Of a DNA stretch of 64,000 nt, positions 40,201 to 48,858 are shown piece after piece. Source of the DNA: Candidatus Melainabacteria bacterium 17Bon1m (GTDB lineage: Bacteria > Cyanobacteriota > Vampirovibrionia > Obscuribacterales > Obscuribacteraceae); contig JAVLKG010000001.1 of NCBI GenBank assembly GCA_032128875.1, positions 736,001 to 800,000 on the forward strand. Reading direction: 5' to 3'. Position 1 is the first letter of the stretch, and every line of letters starts with the position of its first letter. The notes beneath the pieces were generated by a model. It saw nothing but the letters and a program-made list of their open reading frames with translations. It was not told the origin of the DNA and did no database searches. Position numbers and translations under genes: made by a program.

Positions 40201-41039
40201 ATCCAAAGGGACAAGTCGGCAACCTTTATTTCATGGGTATCCTCGACGAAAACTTCGGAAAGGGTAATCAGGCCTGGAACGAATATCGCGATTATGTCGC
40301 AAAAGATCCACGCGGTGCTTACACATCCGACGCGCAGTCACGAATTGCCAGACTTGGTAAGAACGTGAATGACGTCGTAAAATTGCAAACATCCAATCAG
40401 GTCAAAGCTCAAGGCGAAGCCGCTGCAGCTTACGATGCTGCGGTGAAATTGCAAACAGATCAGAAGTACGACGAGTCGATTGCTAAATACAAAGAAGCAA
40501 TTGCGCTTCTGCCAAATAGCGATTCCTTCTACTACGGTATGGGAACTTGCTATCAAGCAAAAAATGACATTGACCTTGCAATTGAAGCGTACAAGAAGGC
40601 GATTAGCCTTGCGCCCAACAATCCGACGTACAAGCAGACACTAAGCGGTGCGCAGCAAATCAAGGCGGCTCCGTTGATCGATTCTGCGATCAAGAAGCAA
40701 ACCGATGCTGCCAAACCTGATCTGCCTGGTGCGATCGCAGACTATGAAGCGGCCTTGAAGTTGTGGAACGATCCTTCGACCCACATGAACTTGGGTACTG
40801 CGTATCAAGCGGCTAACAACTTAAACAGAGCAATGCAGGAATACAATACTGCTCTGCAAATGGACGCGCGTACCTGCGTCGAGTGCTACTACTATCGTGG
40901 CACTCTATGGGAAGCCTTGAAAAACATTCCGAATGCAATCAAGGACTACCAAGCGTACCTGCGTGCTGCCCCAACCGGTCAAAGTGCTGGTCCTGTTCGC
41001 GAACGCATCAAGATCCTTGCGCCCGCCGGCAAGAGGTAG
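37266..41039 (+). CDS. Large exported TPR protein with four ~220-aa super-repeats
   Basis: Signal peptide (..SAYA-D) and dense TPRs; start chosen at in-frame GTG 37266 (ORF open from 37161). Confidence 0.88.
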   Translation: MSSISDRGVAKRIFLSLLVAGTVFIGPSSISAYADANAVIGMNNEGVKALNAGNFALAIQKFEAALQMDKSYQLARENLAIAHNNYGLQLAKSNPQEALKQFHQAYYLNKTNATTAQNVEGIIRMLGKDPRDFKTRIQMADQARMSGDFVGAIVEYAEALKIKDDAKIHVKLGDVYRVRDNVDDAIKEYQAAARSGDSAEVEVKLGQALQAKGDLPNAVVAFGKALAFKPDDSDTLDALQAAWEDALKKDPLAPDNHIGLGQALQFRGDFGGATAEYKQAIQLSKGNNPTAQKLLNALPEVIRKATIDKYINNGVDLQSKGLLEPALESYNKALQSDPNNAAIWVNIGTVYQAKKDYSKAVEAYQKALTLDPRNTAAAEGFKSCQDLMQEQQITASENAAGDAYKQGRYEEALKIYGSLIQKDPKNAAYYYNRGAAQQMLKQFDLAMADYNQAMSLDPKNKTYSDAMDSAKKAKVDPIIADAVAKHKAEDYQGAIAGYQQALAIQPNNAPLWFNLASAQYAMEDYSRARDSYQKALEVDPKGQVDDLYLIAVIDEHYGKGPQAQGEYLRYMSQAPNGKYAAQAKERVTALNKGEPPQKIKGKAEIAAEKSADDAYQAAMNLSNAGKMDDAIAQIQKAIAAQPKYADYYAVYGSFLQKQGKFDEAMAQYKQAASIDPKNPKNQEYLNAVNDAQGDKVAPIADAAVKLQQEGKLQEAIAKYQEAIAILPNNGALWRNMGSAYQAADDFNNAFNAYKKAYAADPKGEVNCLYFMAVIDENYKRGQAAFDKYNQYKREAPAGQFIKEANARIAALSKNVADTIAMQTQAEAKADAEVQKLIQQAADAYNQKNYDVAIGLYQQIAQLKPKEPSIPFSLGAIYQSKEDWNNAVQFFQQAVNMDPKNKQYAEALAAAKASAVGPVMQEGYQKQTAGDFAGAIPLYEKGLQQYPNNAAGWTSLAACYQATDAFQKAYDAYKKGYDLDPKGQVGNLYFMGILDENFGKGNQAWNEYRDYVAKDPRGAYTSDAQSRIARLGKNVNDVVKLQTSNQVKAQGEAAAAYDAAVKLQTDQKYDESIAKYKEAIALLPNSDSFYYGMGTCYQAKNDIDLAIEAYKKAISLAPNNPTYKQTLSGAQQIKAAPLIDSAIKKQTDAAKPDLPGAIADYEAALKLWNDPSTHMNLGTAYQAANNLNRAMQEYNTALQMDARTCVECYYYRGTLWEALKNIPNAIKDYQAYLRAAPTGQSAGPVRERIKILAPAGKR

Positions 41040-41044
41040 TTCTT

Positions 41045-41069
41045 GTTGGGGCGACGCCATGCGTCGCCC
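41045..41069 (+). repeat. Single REP copy
   Basis: GTTGGGGCGACGCCATGCGTCGCCC. Confidence 0.8.
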
Positions 41070-41092
41070 TGTCTAAGATTGGAACGTCTGCG

Positions 41093-41992
41093 ATGTCGAA
41101 AACCACCAAAGCCAACGGTTCTTCAAAGACGGCAAAAGCTTCTTCCGACAAGAAGCTACTTTTTGGTGGTCACGTAAATGGTGGCGTCAAGGGTTCCGTC
41201 AGCAAAGCGGAAGAAATTGGCGCGCAGGTGATGCAGATTTTTCTTGGCTCTCCGCAATCATGGGCTGACGCTGCGCCGCTAGACAAGGATGTTGACCTGT
41301 TCGTTTCGCAAGTCTCAGAGAAGAAACTTGGCCCTGTTTTTGTTCACGGCAATTACCTCGTAAATCTCGCTTCCAATGACAGCACCAATTTGCAAAAATC
41401 CATCGACAAGTTGCGACATACGCTTTTCTTGTCGGACCGGATTCGCGCTCAGGCTGTCATATTCCACCCTGGTGCCGCAGGTCAGACATCGAAACCGGAC
41501 GCTCTGAAAAAGGTGGTGGCATCGATCAAGGAAATTTTGAAGGGCTACAAAGGTGATTGCAAACTTGCTCTTGAGGTTTGCGCTGGAGCCGGAACCACAA
41601 TTGGGGACAGGTTTTCCGACCTTAGCACCATAATTGATGCCCTGGACGGGGACGAACGACTTGCCGTTTGCCTCGACACCTGCCACCTATTTGCCGCCGG
41701 TTATGACGTCAGTTCTGCATCCGGATTGAAAGCAACGTTGGCTGAGTTTGAGGCTGAAGTGGGGTTTGAGCGTCTTATAGCCATTCACGCAAATGATTCA
41801 AAGACTCCTTTGGGCGCTCGAAGAGATCGCCACGAAAACATTGGACAGGGTTGTATCGGAGAAGATGGCTTCCGAAGAATGTTGCAGCACAAGGCTTTGC
41901 GGTATGTGCCTTGGGTTTTGGAAGTGCCAGGATTTTCGGGTAAGGGGCCTGATCGCGAAAACCTCGACATACTCAGACTTCTCGCTTCTTGA
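41093..41992 (+). CDS. nfo: Endonuclease IV (AP endonuclease 2)
   Basis: VHGNYLVNLAS, FHPG, CLDTCHLFAAGY, HANDSK and DRHENIGQG. Confidence 0.93.
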   Translation: MSKTTKANGSSKTAKASSDKKLLFGGHVNGGVKGSVSKAEEIGAQVMQIFLGSPQSWADAAPLDKDVDLFVSQVSEKKLGPVFVHGNYLVNLASNDSTNLQKSIDKLRHTLFLSDRIRAQAVIFHPGAAGQTSKPDALKKVVASIKEILKGYKGDCKLALEVCAGAGTTIGDRFSDLSTIIDALDGDERLAVCLDTCHLFAAGYDVSSASGLKATLAEFEAEVGFERLIAIHANDSKTPLGARRDRHENIGQGCIGEDGFRRMLQHKALRYVPWVLEVPGFSGKGPDRENLDILRLLAS

Positions 41993-42028
41993 AACTTCGT
42001 GTATGCTATTGACATGGGCTTCTGAGGC

Positions 42029-43072
42029 ATGTCTAGGCACATGTGGAAACACAGGACAACAAACTTACTATTAGTATTGGCTCTGGGACTTGGTTTTGCA
42101 TTTCCGAGCGGCGCACTTTCTGCAGAGCCAGATTGGATACGATATTCGCTTGGTGCAAAACGGGCGATGGCTGCGGCAAACTACAACGAAGCCGAGGACC
42201 TTTTGAAGCGGGCCGACAAAGAAGCCGACGGCATCTCGAACAACACATCGCACAAGGCAATCACGTTGGGCAACCTATCCCTCGTGTACAAGGCAAAAGG
42301 CGATTATCCAAATGCTGAGCTTTGCGCCAGGCAATCCGTTGAATTGATGCGCAAGTTGGAAAAACGTGATGACTTTTCTTTTGCTGTTGCGCTGAGTAAT
42401 CTCGCAGGTATTCTCAAAGATCAGGCTAAGTTTAAGGATGCAGAGCCGATGTACGAAGGTGCATTAGCTATTATCGAAAAAATGCGCGGACCTGAGAGTT
42501 CTGAGTACGCAACCGTCACAGATAACCTTGCCTTGCTCTACATGCGTCAAGGACATTTCGATATGGCGATGCCGTTGCAAGAAAAGGCTCTTGTTACCTA
42601 CGAAAAGGTGCTTGGACCGGACCATCCCGATGTAGCAATTGCACTAGGAAATTTAGCCGAGAGTTATAAGAGAGTCCATAAAGAGAAAGAAGCGATCGTT
42701 TTGCTTGAACGCTCTTTGAAAATTATGGAGAAAGTCTACGGTGATGAACACCCAAGCGTAGCCACTGCGTTGGATAACTTGGCGTGCTTCTACGCGGATC
42801 AAAAGGACTATGAAAAGGCTGAGAAGCTCGAGCTAAAGTCCATTGCAATTTACGAGAAAACCGTTGGAGCCGATCACCCTGATATGGCAATTACACTCGA
42901 TAATTTGTGCGAGGTCTATCAAAAACAGGGGCGCTTGGAAGAAGGTCAACGCCTGAGAGAACGTGCGTTGAAGATTTCTGAGAAGTCGCTTGGTGCCACG
43001 CATCCATTTACTGTGAGTGTGAAAGAACGTTTGGAGCAAATGCATAAGGCGCAAGTTCCAGTTAAGAACTGA
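42029..43072 (+). CDS. Exported TPR protein (KLC-like)
   Basis: Signal peptide plus 'GPDHPDVA..L.NLA' repeats. Confidence 0.88.
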   Translation: MSRHMWKHRTTNLLLVLALGLGFAFPSGALSAEPDWIRYSLGAKRAMAAANYNEAEDLLKRADKEADGISNNTSHKAITLGNLSLVYKAKGDYPNAELCARQSVELMRKLEKRDDFSFAVALSNLAGILKDQAKFKDAEPMYEGALAIIEKMRGPESSEYATVTDNLALLYMRQGHFDMAMPLQEKALVTYEKVLGPDHPDVAIALGNLAESYKRVHKEKEAIVLLERSLKIMEKVYGDEHPSVATALDNLACFYADQKDYEKAEKLELKSIAIYEKTVGADHPDMAITLDNLCEVYQKQGRLEEGQRLRERALKISEKSLGATHPFTVSVKERLEQMHKAQVPVKN

Positions 43073-43081
43073 ATTAACGCC

Positions 43082-43106
43082 GGTCGACGCATGGCGTGCC
43101 CCTTAC
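43082..43106 (-). repeat. Single REP copy
   Basis: Reverse complement reads GTAAGGGGCACGCCATGCGTCGACC. Confidence 0.75.
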
Positions 43107-43276
43107 AGTAAACAATTACAGGCAAACCGTCCTCTACTGACTGGGGTTTACCCGGTATAAATTTGTTTCGCGCAGCCGCACAATAGGCTGGCTCATCAAA
43201 CATCAAGCCATCTGCATATCGGATTTCTCCGGGTCGTTTGCGACCGGGGTGGCTATTGCTTTTCGGAGAACTAAAC

Positions 43277-43906
43277 ATGAACAAGTTGTCCCTTACTATG
43301 TCTTTCGTCTCTTTGGTTTCCGCTGCCGTTGCTGTTTCCACAGTTGCGTTGCCTGCTTCAGCACAGAATCATTCTCGGATTACCAAAGACGAACTGCAGC
43401 CGACAACATGGTTCAAGGCTAGACGTCAGGTTCGAGTCGAGGACACTACTCCGATCGTCAAATACGATACTCCTGCTGCACCAGAGCCTGTTTACCTCAT
43501 TCCCACAGGTTTGCCGAAGGCCAAAGCGGCACCTGTGGTGGTGCTCCCGGGACCAGCGCAGACTGGTGGTACAGGCGGTGGCGTCGTTGCGCCGCCAGGA
43601 TACGCTGTTGTTGATCCGAATCAGCCATCACCTTCACGGTTCGGGAGTAATATCCCTGCTAGAGGAATGGGGCCCGTAGGACCTTTGCCGAATGGAAATT
43701 CGACGAATGTTCTCTCAGGAAGAATGTCGGGAGTGCCGAAGTCTCCTGCCGGTTCCGTTGCCGCACCAGCACGAGTTTTCCCAGCGGGTGATGCTGCCCC
43801 TAAGACCGCTGTGTATCAACCATCGAGAACGACTGCGACAGGCACAGGAAGTTCGAATACTTCTGTGAAGACTAGCGTTATAGGTGATCTGCTGAAGAAG
43901 AAGTAG
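43277..43906 (+). CDS. Exported Pro/Gly-rich hypothetical protein
   Basis: GGAGA RBS, signal peptide ending LPASA-Q; resembles 57617..58321. Confidence 0.8.
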   Translation: MNKLSLTMSFVSLVSAAVAVSTVALPASAQNHSRITKDELQPTTWFKARRQVRVEDTTPIVKYDTPAAPEPVYLIPTGLPKAKAAPVVVLPGPAQTGGTGGGVVAPPGYAVVDPNQPSPSRFGSNIPARGMGPVGPLPNGNSTNVLSGRMSGVPKSPAGSVAAPARVFPAGDAAPKTAVYQPSRTTATGTGSSNTSVKTSVIGDLLKKK

Positions 43907-44699
43907 TTGGGTGTGTTCGATGATAATTAACGACAACACCTGCAAGTACAAGAGAAAGTCCAAGCAAAATGCTACTGGTCAGGATTGCTGCGGGCATTCC
44001 AAAAGCGTACAAGCTGTCGGTTCTCATTGGTTCAATAATCAAACGCCCGATTGAGTATCCTGCTATGTACAAACATGAGAGCAGACCAGGGTAGTTCTTG
44101 ACGCGCTCTGCAAGCCCAAAGTAGAGGATGCAAAAAAGTAAAACGTCGTACACAGCCTCATACAAAAACGTTGGATGGAAATATAGTTGGTCGCGAAATT
44201 CCAGAGGGCGATTTGCCTCAGGGATAAACAGCCGGAGCGGAAAGTCGCTGCTGACCGGCTTTCCGAAGGCTTCTGAATTGAAGAAATTACCCCAGCGTCC
44301 GATCGCTTGTGCAAGTGGAATGCTCCCGAGCAGCAAGTCTGCCGTCTTCAAAAATGGCAGCTTTCTGACTTTGCAGTAGATAAAACCAGCGAGGATGCCG
44401 CCGAGTATTCCTCCGTGGATGGACAAACCGCCCGTCCAAATCATGAAGGCTTGCAGGGGTTCTTCCAAAAAGTGCTTGTAGTTCAAAAGCACGAAGTAGA
44501 GTCGCGCGCCGACTACTCCGCCACCAAATCCCCAAAAAGCTGTGTTGAGCAGCTCTTCTGTGTCCATCTCCCACTTTTTGCCAAGGCGCATTGCCATTGC
44601 CGCGGCCGAGAAAAATCCCAGTACGAACATCAGCCCATACCAGCGTACGGTGACTGGGCCGAGTTTAAATATGATGGCGCCGGGAGATTCGAAGTTCAA
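43878..44699 (-). CDS. lgt: Prolipoprotein diacylglyceryl transferase
   Basis: VRWYG, GARLY, GGLSIHGG, QAIGRWGNFFNSEAFG and HPTFLYE. Confidence 0.97.
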   Translation of the reverse strand: MNFESPGAIIFKLGPVTVRWYGLMFVLGFFSAAAMAMRLGKKWEMDTEELLNTAFWGFGGGVVGARLYFVLLNYKHFLEEPLQAFMIWTGGLSIHGGILGGILAGFIYCKVRKLPFLKTADLLLGSIPLAQAIGRWGNFFNSEAFGKPVSSDFPLRLFIPEANRPLEFRDQLYFHPTFLYEAVYDVLLFCILYFGLAERVKNYPGLLSCLYIAGYSIGRLIIEPMRTDSLYAFGMPAAILTSSILLGLSLVLAGVVVNYHRTHPTTSSSADHL

Positions 44700-44755
44700 A
44701 AAATATATGCCTTGCAGCCGTCAAAAAAGCGCCGTCTCAACTAGCATGCGCTCGC

Positions 44756-45034
44756 TTAGTACGGAGCTTGATCGTTGGGATATTTGCCGCCGTAGACGTC
44801 TTTCGGCGCTTTCCCGTTGCTTCTTTCTTGGTTGGCAGGCAGTTTGCTGTCGTGCTGCTCGTCGTGCGGATCATCGCCGTGCGGATCCGGACCATGGGGG
44901 TCTAAACCGCCGTATTTCTGGGCGATTATGTACTGACCTTGAATTTTGCACTTTGTCAGTGGGTTGATAGAAACGCTTTTCACATCCAGAGACGGCGTGT
45001 GAGATATAGCGACGGACAATAGGATATCCAGCAT
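44756..45034 (-). CDS. Small hypothetical protein with DPHG repeats
   Basis: GGAGG RBS before ATG 45034; contains LDPHGPDPHGDDPHDEQHD. Confidence 0.65.
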   Translation of the reverse strand: MLDILLSVAISHTPSLDVKSVSINPLTKCKIQGQYIIAQKYGGLDPHGPDPHGDDPHDEQHDSKLPANQERSNGKAPKDVYGGKYPNDQAPY

Positions 45035-45201
45035 GGTCAACCTCCGGCAGATTGGAGAATTCACGGTCGCCGTTTGACAACCTTGAAAGTATACATGATA
45101 GGGGCAGTCTGGGCGCAGTTTTCCTTAAAACTCGAAGAATGCCGCTACTTTGTTTGTCAGCGGCTTTAGAATAAGCCATTGCACCAAATTTTGGAAGATA
45201 T

Positions 45202-46764
45202 ATGGCAAAGACGAAAACGCGCTGGATCTGCCAGCAGTGTGGGTTTCAGGCAAACGGATTTCTCGGGCGCTGCACAGAATGCGGGTCTTGGGGATCTCTT
45301 GTCGAAGAACTGGTTGGTGAAGCGGCCGGTGCTGCGGCACAGACACTTTTAAGTCGTTCACACGCTTCGTTTGGCAAGAGCGGGCGGTCTCAGGAGGGCG
45401 AGCGTGCCTCAGCTTTGCCGCTTTCAGAAATCGAAGCTTCCGACAGCCAACGAATGGCAACCGGTTTGGCTGGTGTGGATGAAGTTCTTGGCGGAGGTTT
45501 GGTGCCTGGAAGTGTTGTCCTGCTGGCAGGAGACCCGGGTATCGGCAAGTCTACGCTTTTACTCCAGGTGGCCAGGCATTTGAGCAAAGGCAGCACCTTG
45601 CTGTATGTCGCCGGTGAAGAGTCCGCCCACCAGGTGCGTCTCCGGGCTGAGCGCCTTGGTGTGTCTTCGAACAATATTTTGGTGGACGCGGGACAGAATG
45701 TTGTGTCGATTGCGCAAACGATGATGTCGACCGACACGCGCGTCACCATTGTCGACAGTATTCAATCTGTCTTTCATCCTGAGGTCGAAAGCGCGCCCGG
45801 CTCGGTGAGCCAGGTCCGCGAGTCCGCTCAGGCTCTCATCGCTGCCGCGAAAGAGCATGGCATCGCCACCATTCTTGTCGGTCACGTGACGAAAGAAGGC
45901 GCCATCGCCGGACCTCGTGTTTTGGAGCACATGGTCGATGTGGTAATTCAGTTTGAAGGCGACCGTGCGCGCGAGCTGAGAATTTTGCGCGGCGTGAAAA
46001 ACCGTTTTGGCGCAACGCACGAGATTGCAGTGTTTTCCATGACGGACAAAGGTCTGCAGGAGGTCGACAATCCTAGTGCGCTTTTCCTGGGTGACAGATT
46101 GAATCACTTGGGCAAGAAGCAATCACCTCCCGGAACCGCCGTTATTGCGGGTGGAGAGGGGCGGCGTTCACTTCTGCTTGAGGTTCAGGCACTGGTTTCC
46201 AACACGGCTTTTTCCAATGCGCGCCGCGTGGCCAATGGTTTTGACTACAATCGTCTGTTGCAGCTCATTGCTGTTCTCGAAAAGAAAGCCGGGCTATTCC
46301 TGTCGCACTGCGATGTTTACGTAAATGTAGTGGGCGGCATGGAATTTTCCGATCCTTCCGGCGACCTCGGCATTGCCGTGGCCATAGCCACTTCCTTGCT
46401 CGATCGCTCCATTGATCCCGGTTTGCTTTTCCTTGGAGAAATTGGTCTGACCGGTGAAGTTCGCCCGGTGAAAGCGGTTTTACAGCGCCTAAAAGAAGCT
46501 CAAAAGCTCGGCTTTCAGCGTGCGATTGTCCCGAAAGCCAATCTGCCTTTGGACGGAAACCTTGACCCCATGGAAGTTGTAGGCGTTGAAACTCTGGCTG
46601 ATGCGCTTGCTCAAGCGATTCCCGGATTTGAAACAGCCAAGAAGCGCCCACCAAGCTCTGGTGAGAAGAAACAATACGGTGGTTCGGATGAAGCGATGAA
46701 CGCTGTGAAAAGGCGTTATGCTCAAGGAGAGAGGCGCGATTTAGAGGGCGCATTCCAGGATTGA
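45202..46764 (+). CDS. radA: DNA repair protein RadA/Sms
   Basis: CxxC..CxxC zinc finger, GDPGIGKSTL, KNRFG and Lon-like C-terminal domain. Confidence 0.97.
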   Translation: MAKTKTRWICQQCGFQANGFLGRCTECGSWGSLVEELVGEAAGAAAQTLLSRSHASFGKSGRSQEGERASALPLSEIEASDSQRMATGLAGVDEVLGGGLVPGSVVLLAGDPGIGKSTLLLQVARHLSKGSTLLYVAGEESAHQVRLRAERLGVSSNNILVDAGQNVVSIAQTMMSTDTRVTIVDSIQSVFHPEVESAPGSVSQVRESAQALIAAAKEHGIATILVGHVTKEGAIAGPRVLEHMVDVVIQFEGDRARELRILRGVKNRFGATHEIAVFSMTDKGLQEVDNPSALFLGDRLNHLGKKQSPPGTAVIAGGEGRRSLLLEVQALVSNTAFSNARRVANGFDYNRLLQLIAVLEKKAGLFLSHCDVYVNVVGGMEFSDPSGDLGIAVAIATSLLDRSIDPGLLFLGEIGLTGEVRPVKAVLQRLKEAQKLGFQRAIVPKANLPLDGNLDPMEVVGVETLADALAQAIPGFETAKKRPPSSGEKKQYGGSDEAMNAVKRRYAQGERRDLEGAFQD

Positions 46765-46767
46765 GAT

Positions 46768-48756
46768 ATGCGCGAGTCGAAGTCTAAGTACCAGAACGAA
46801 AAGGTTCAAAACGCACTATCCACCTTGCCAGACTCTCCCGGAGTTTATCTTTTCAAGGATGAAGAAGGGACGATTATCTACATTGGTAAGGCGCTTAGTC
46901 TGAAGAGCCGCGTGCGTTCGTATTGGCTGGAAAATTCCGTGCGCGAGCGGCCGAAGCTGGCTGTTTTGATGCCGAAAGTTGCTGACGTAAATATCATCGT
47001 CACTAATTCCGAGAAGGAAGCGTTGCTCCTTGAAGCGAATCTCGTCCGGCAGCACATGCCGCGCTACAACGTCACGTTGAAAGACGATAAGCGCTACCCT
47101 TGGTTGGCGATTACTTATGATGTTGCATTTCCACGTCTTGTGATGGTGCGCGATCCACAGAAATATAAAAAGGAAAATCCAAAGTCTCGCGTTTTTGGTC
47201 CGTATGTCGAAACCGGCATGATGTGGGATACGGTGCGGGTTTTGCGTAAGGTCTTTCCGATGAGGCAGCGCAAGAGCCCGCTGTTTAAAGATCGTCCCTG
47301 CATGAATTATTACATCGGTTTGTGTTTAGGTCCTTGTCAAAAACTCGTGACAGAACCAGATTATTTGCAAATGGTGGGTCAAGTCGAAATGTTCCTCGCT
47401 GGGCGTCAGACAGAGGTTTTGACCTTGCTTAAGCAAGAAATGGAAGCTGCTTCAGAGCAAATGGAATATGAGAAAGCGGCTAAGGTTCGTGACCGCTTGC
47501 GAGCTCTCGAGACTGTCATTGAAAAACAAACGGTAATGTTCAAAGACAAGAAGGTCAATCAGGACATTGTCGCAGAAGCGCATGCTAACAAGCTTATCGC
47601 CATATGTATGATGCGTGTGAGAGAGGGAAAACTCATCTCGTCGGAAACAGTTTGCTTGCCTCTCATGGATCGCACTTCATGGGATGAAGCGTATCAATCG
47701 TTTATCGATCTTTATTACACCTCCGTCGAGGACATCGGAGTGCCGCATGAGGTGATGCTTCAACATCAACTCGACGATGAATCTGCGCTGGCGGAAGTTC
47801 TTCAGGCGAAGGCAAAACACGTGGTGAAAGTTGGTATTCCGCAGCGCGGCGGTAAAGTGAAAATGATCGACATGGCGAAGAAAAACGCTGAGTTGGCGCT
47901 GGAAAAGGAGATTACAGAGAAGCAAGAAGCGGACGCAAAGGTTGTGCGCCTTCTCTCGCATATGCAGGAGGAACTTGGCACTTCCAAACCCCCGAGGCGC
48001 ATCGAATGTTTCGACATTTCTAACATTCAAGGTACAGACAACGTCGCCAGCATGGTGGTCTTCGAGGATGGGCAGCCGAAAAAGTCCGATTACAGGCGTT
48101 TCAAAATCCGAGCAGTTGAAGGTGTTGCCAATGACTTCGCTTCGATGAAAGAGGTCGTCAGTCGACGCTATTCGCGTTTGCAAAAAGAGGAGAAGCCTTT
48201 CCCTGACCTGATTATCATCGACGGCGGTAAGGGGCAACTCAATGCGGCGGTCGAAGCGCTGGATGAGTTGAACATAAAAGATATCGATATTATTGGACTT
48301 GCTAAGAAGCAAGAAGAAGTTTACAAGCCTGGAAACCCACGCCCCTTGCTTATTTCAAGGCGCAGCGAGGCGCTGCACGTGCTGCAACGAACACGGGACG
48401 AAGCGCACAGATTTGCAATAACCTTTCACCGGAAGCTCAGAGCCAAGCGCTCTCTCATGTCTGGTCTGGACCTTTTGCCAGGCGTTGGCGAGTCGAGGCG
48501 CAAGCTTTTGATTAAGCATTTGGGAACGTTTGAGAAAATCAAGCAAGCGTCGTTGGAAGAGCTTATGGCGGTGCCAGGTTTGCCCAAAAACGTTGCTGCG
48601 TCCATATTTGCAGCCTTGTCGGCTGGCAAGGAAGATAAGAAAAACGCTAGTGACAAAGCCTCCGAGAATGGCGACGGAGATGAGACAATAGGCGATATCG
48701 AAGACAATGAAATTGAAATTGATATTGAAAGCGTGAGGTCGAAAGCAGATGTTTAG
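46768..48756 (+). CDS. uvrC: Excinuclease ABC subunit C
   Basis: GVY..IYIGKA GIY-YIG, IECFDISN, DGGKGQ, RDEAHRFA and HhH. Confidence 0.97.
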   Translation: MRESKSKYQNEKVQNALSTLPDSPGVYLFKDEEGTIIYIGKALSLKSRVRSYWLENSVRERPKLAVLMPKVADVNIIVTNSEKEALLLEANLVRQHMPRYNVTLKDDKRYPWLAITYDVAFPRLVMVRDPQKYKKENPKSRVFGPYVETGMMWDTVRVLRKVFPMRQRKSPLFKDRPCMNYYIGLCLGPCQKLVTEPDYLQMVGQVEMFLAGRQTEVLTLLKQEMEAASEQMEYEKAAKVRDRLRALETVIEKQTVMFKDKKVNQDIVAEAHANKLIAICMMRVREGKLISSETVCLPLMDRTSWDEAYQSFIDLYYTSVEDIGVPHEVMLQHQLDDESALAEVLQAKAKHVVKVGIPQRGGKVKMIDMAKKNAELALEKEITEKQEADAKVVRLLSHMQEELGTSKPPRRIECFDISNIQGTDNVASMVVFEDGQPKKSDYRRFKIRAVEGVANDFASMKEVVSRRYSRLQKEEKPFPDLIIIDGGKGQLNAAVEALDELNIKDIDIIGLAKKQEEVYKPGNPRPLLISRRSEALHVLQRTRDEAHRFAITFHRKLRAKRSLMSGLDLLPGVGESRRKLLIKHLGTFEKIKQASLEELMAVPGLPKNVAASIFAALSAGKEDKKNASDKASENGDGDETIGDIEDNEIEIDIESVRSKADV

Positions 48757-48858
48757 CTTTTTCATAAAGCGCAAGAAGCAGGTAATGAGTTTCATCATCG
48801 TCATTATGGTGTTTACCTTTCTGGCGTCACTCGTGCCGCAAGTAATGTTTCTCTTGAA

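Noticed and set aside
22689-40738. HIP1 octamer GCGATCGC
   Set aside because: Only a handful of copies noticed, all inside coding sequence; far from the density typical of HIP1-rich cyanobacteria.
40883-41092. N-terminal extension of nfo in the ORF track
   Set aside because: It overlaps the TPR gene and crosses a REP; ATG at 41093 is the plausible start.
43115-43160. c-di-GMP-I (GEMM) riboswitch suggested by GGCAAACC
   Set aside because: It lacks the GAAA-capped P2 and the GACGCAAAGC continuation.
45065-45200. LexA/SOS box upstream of radA
   Set aside because: No convincing match to GAAC-N4-GTTC, CTGT-N8-ACAG or the cyanobacterial box.
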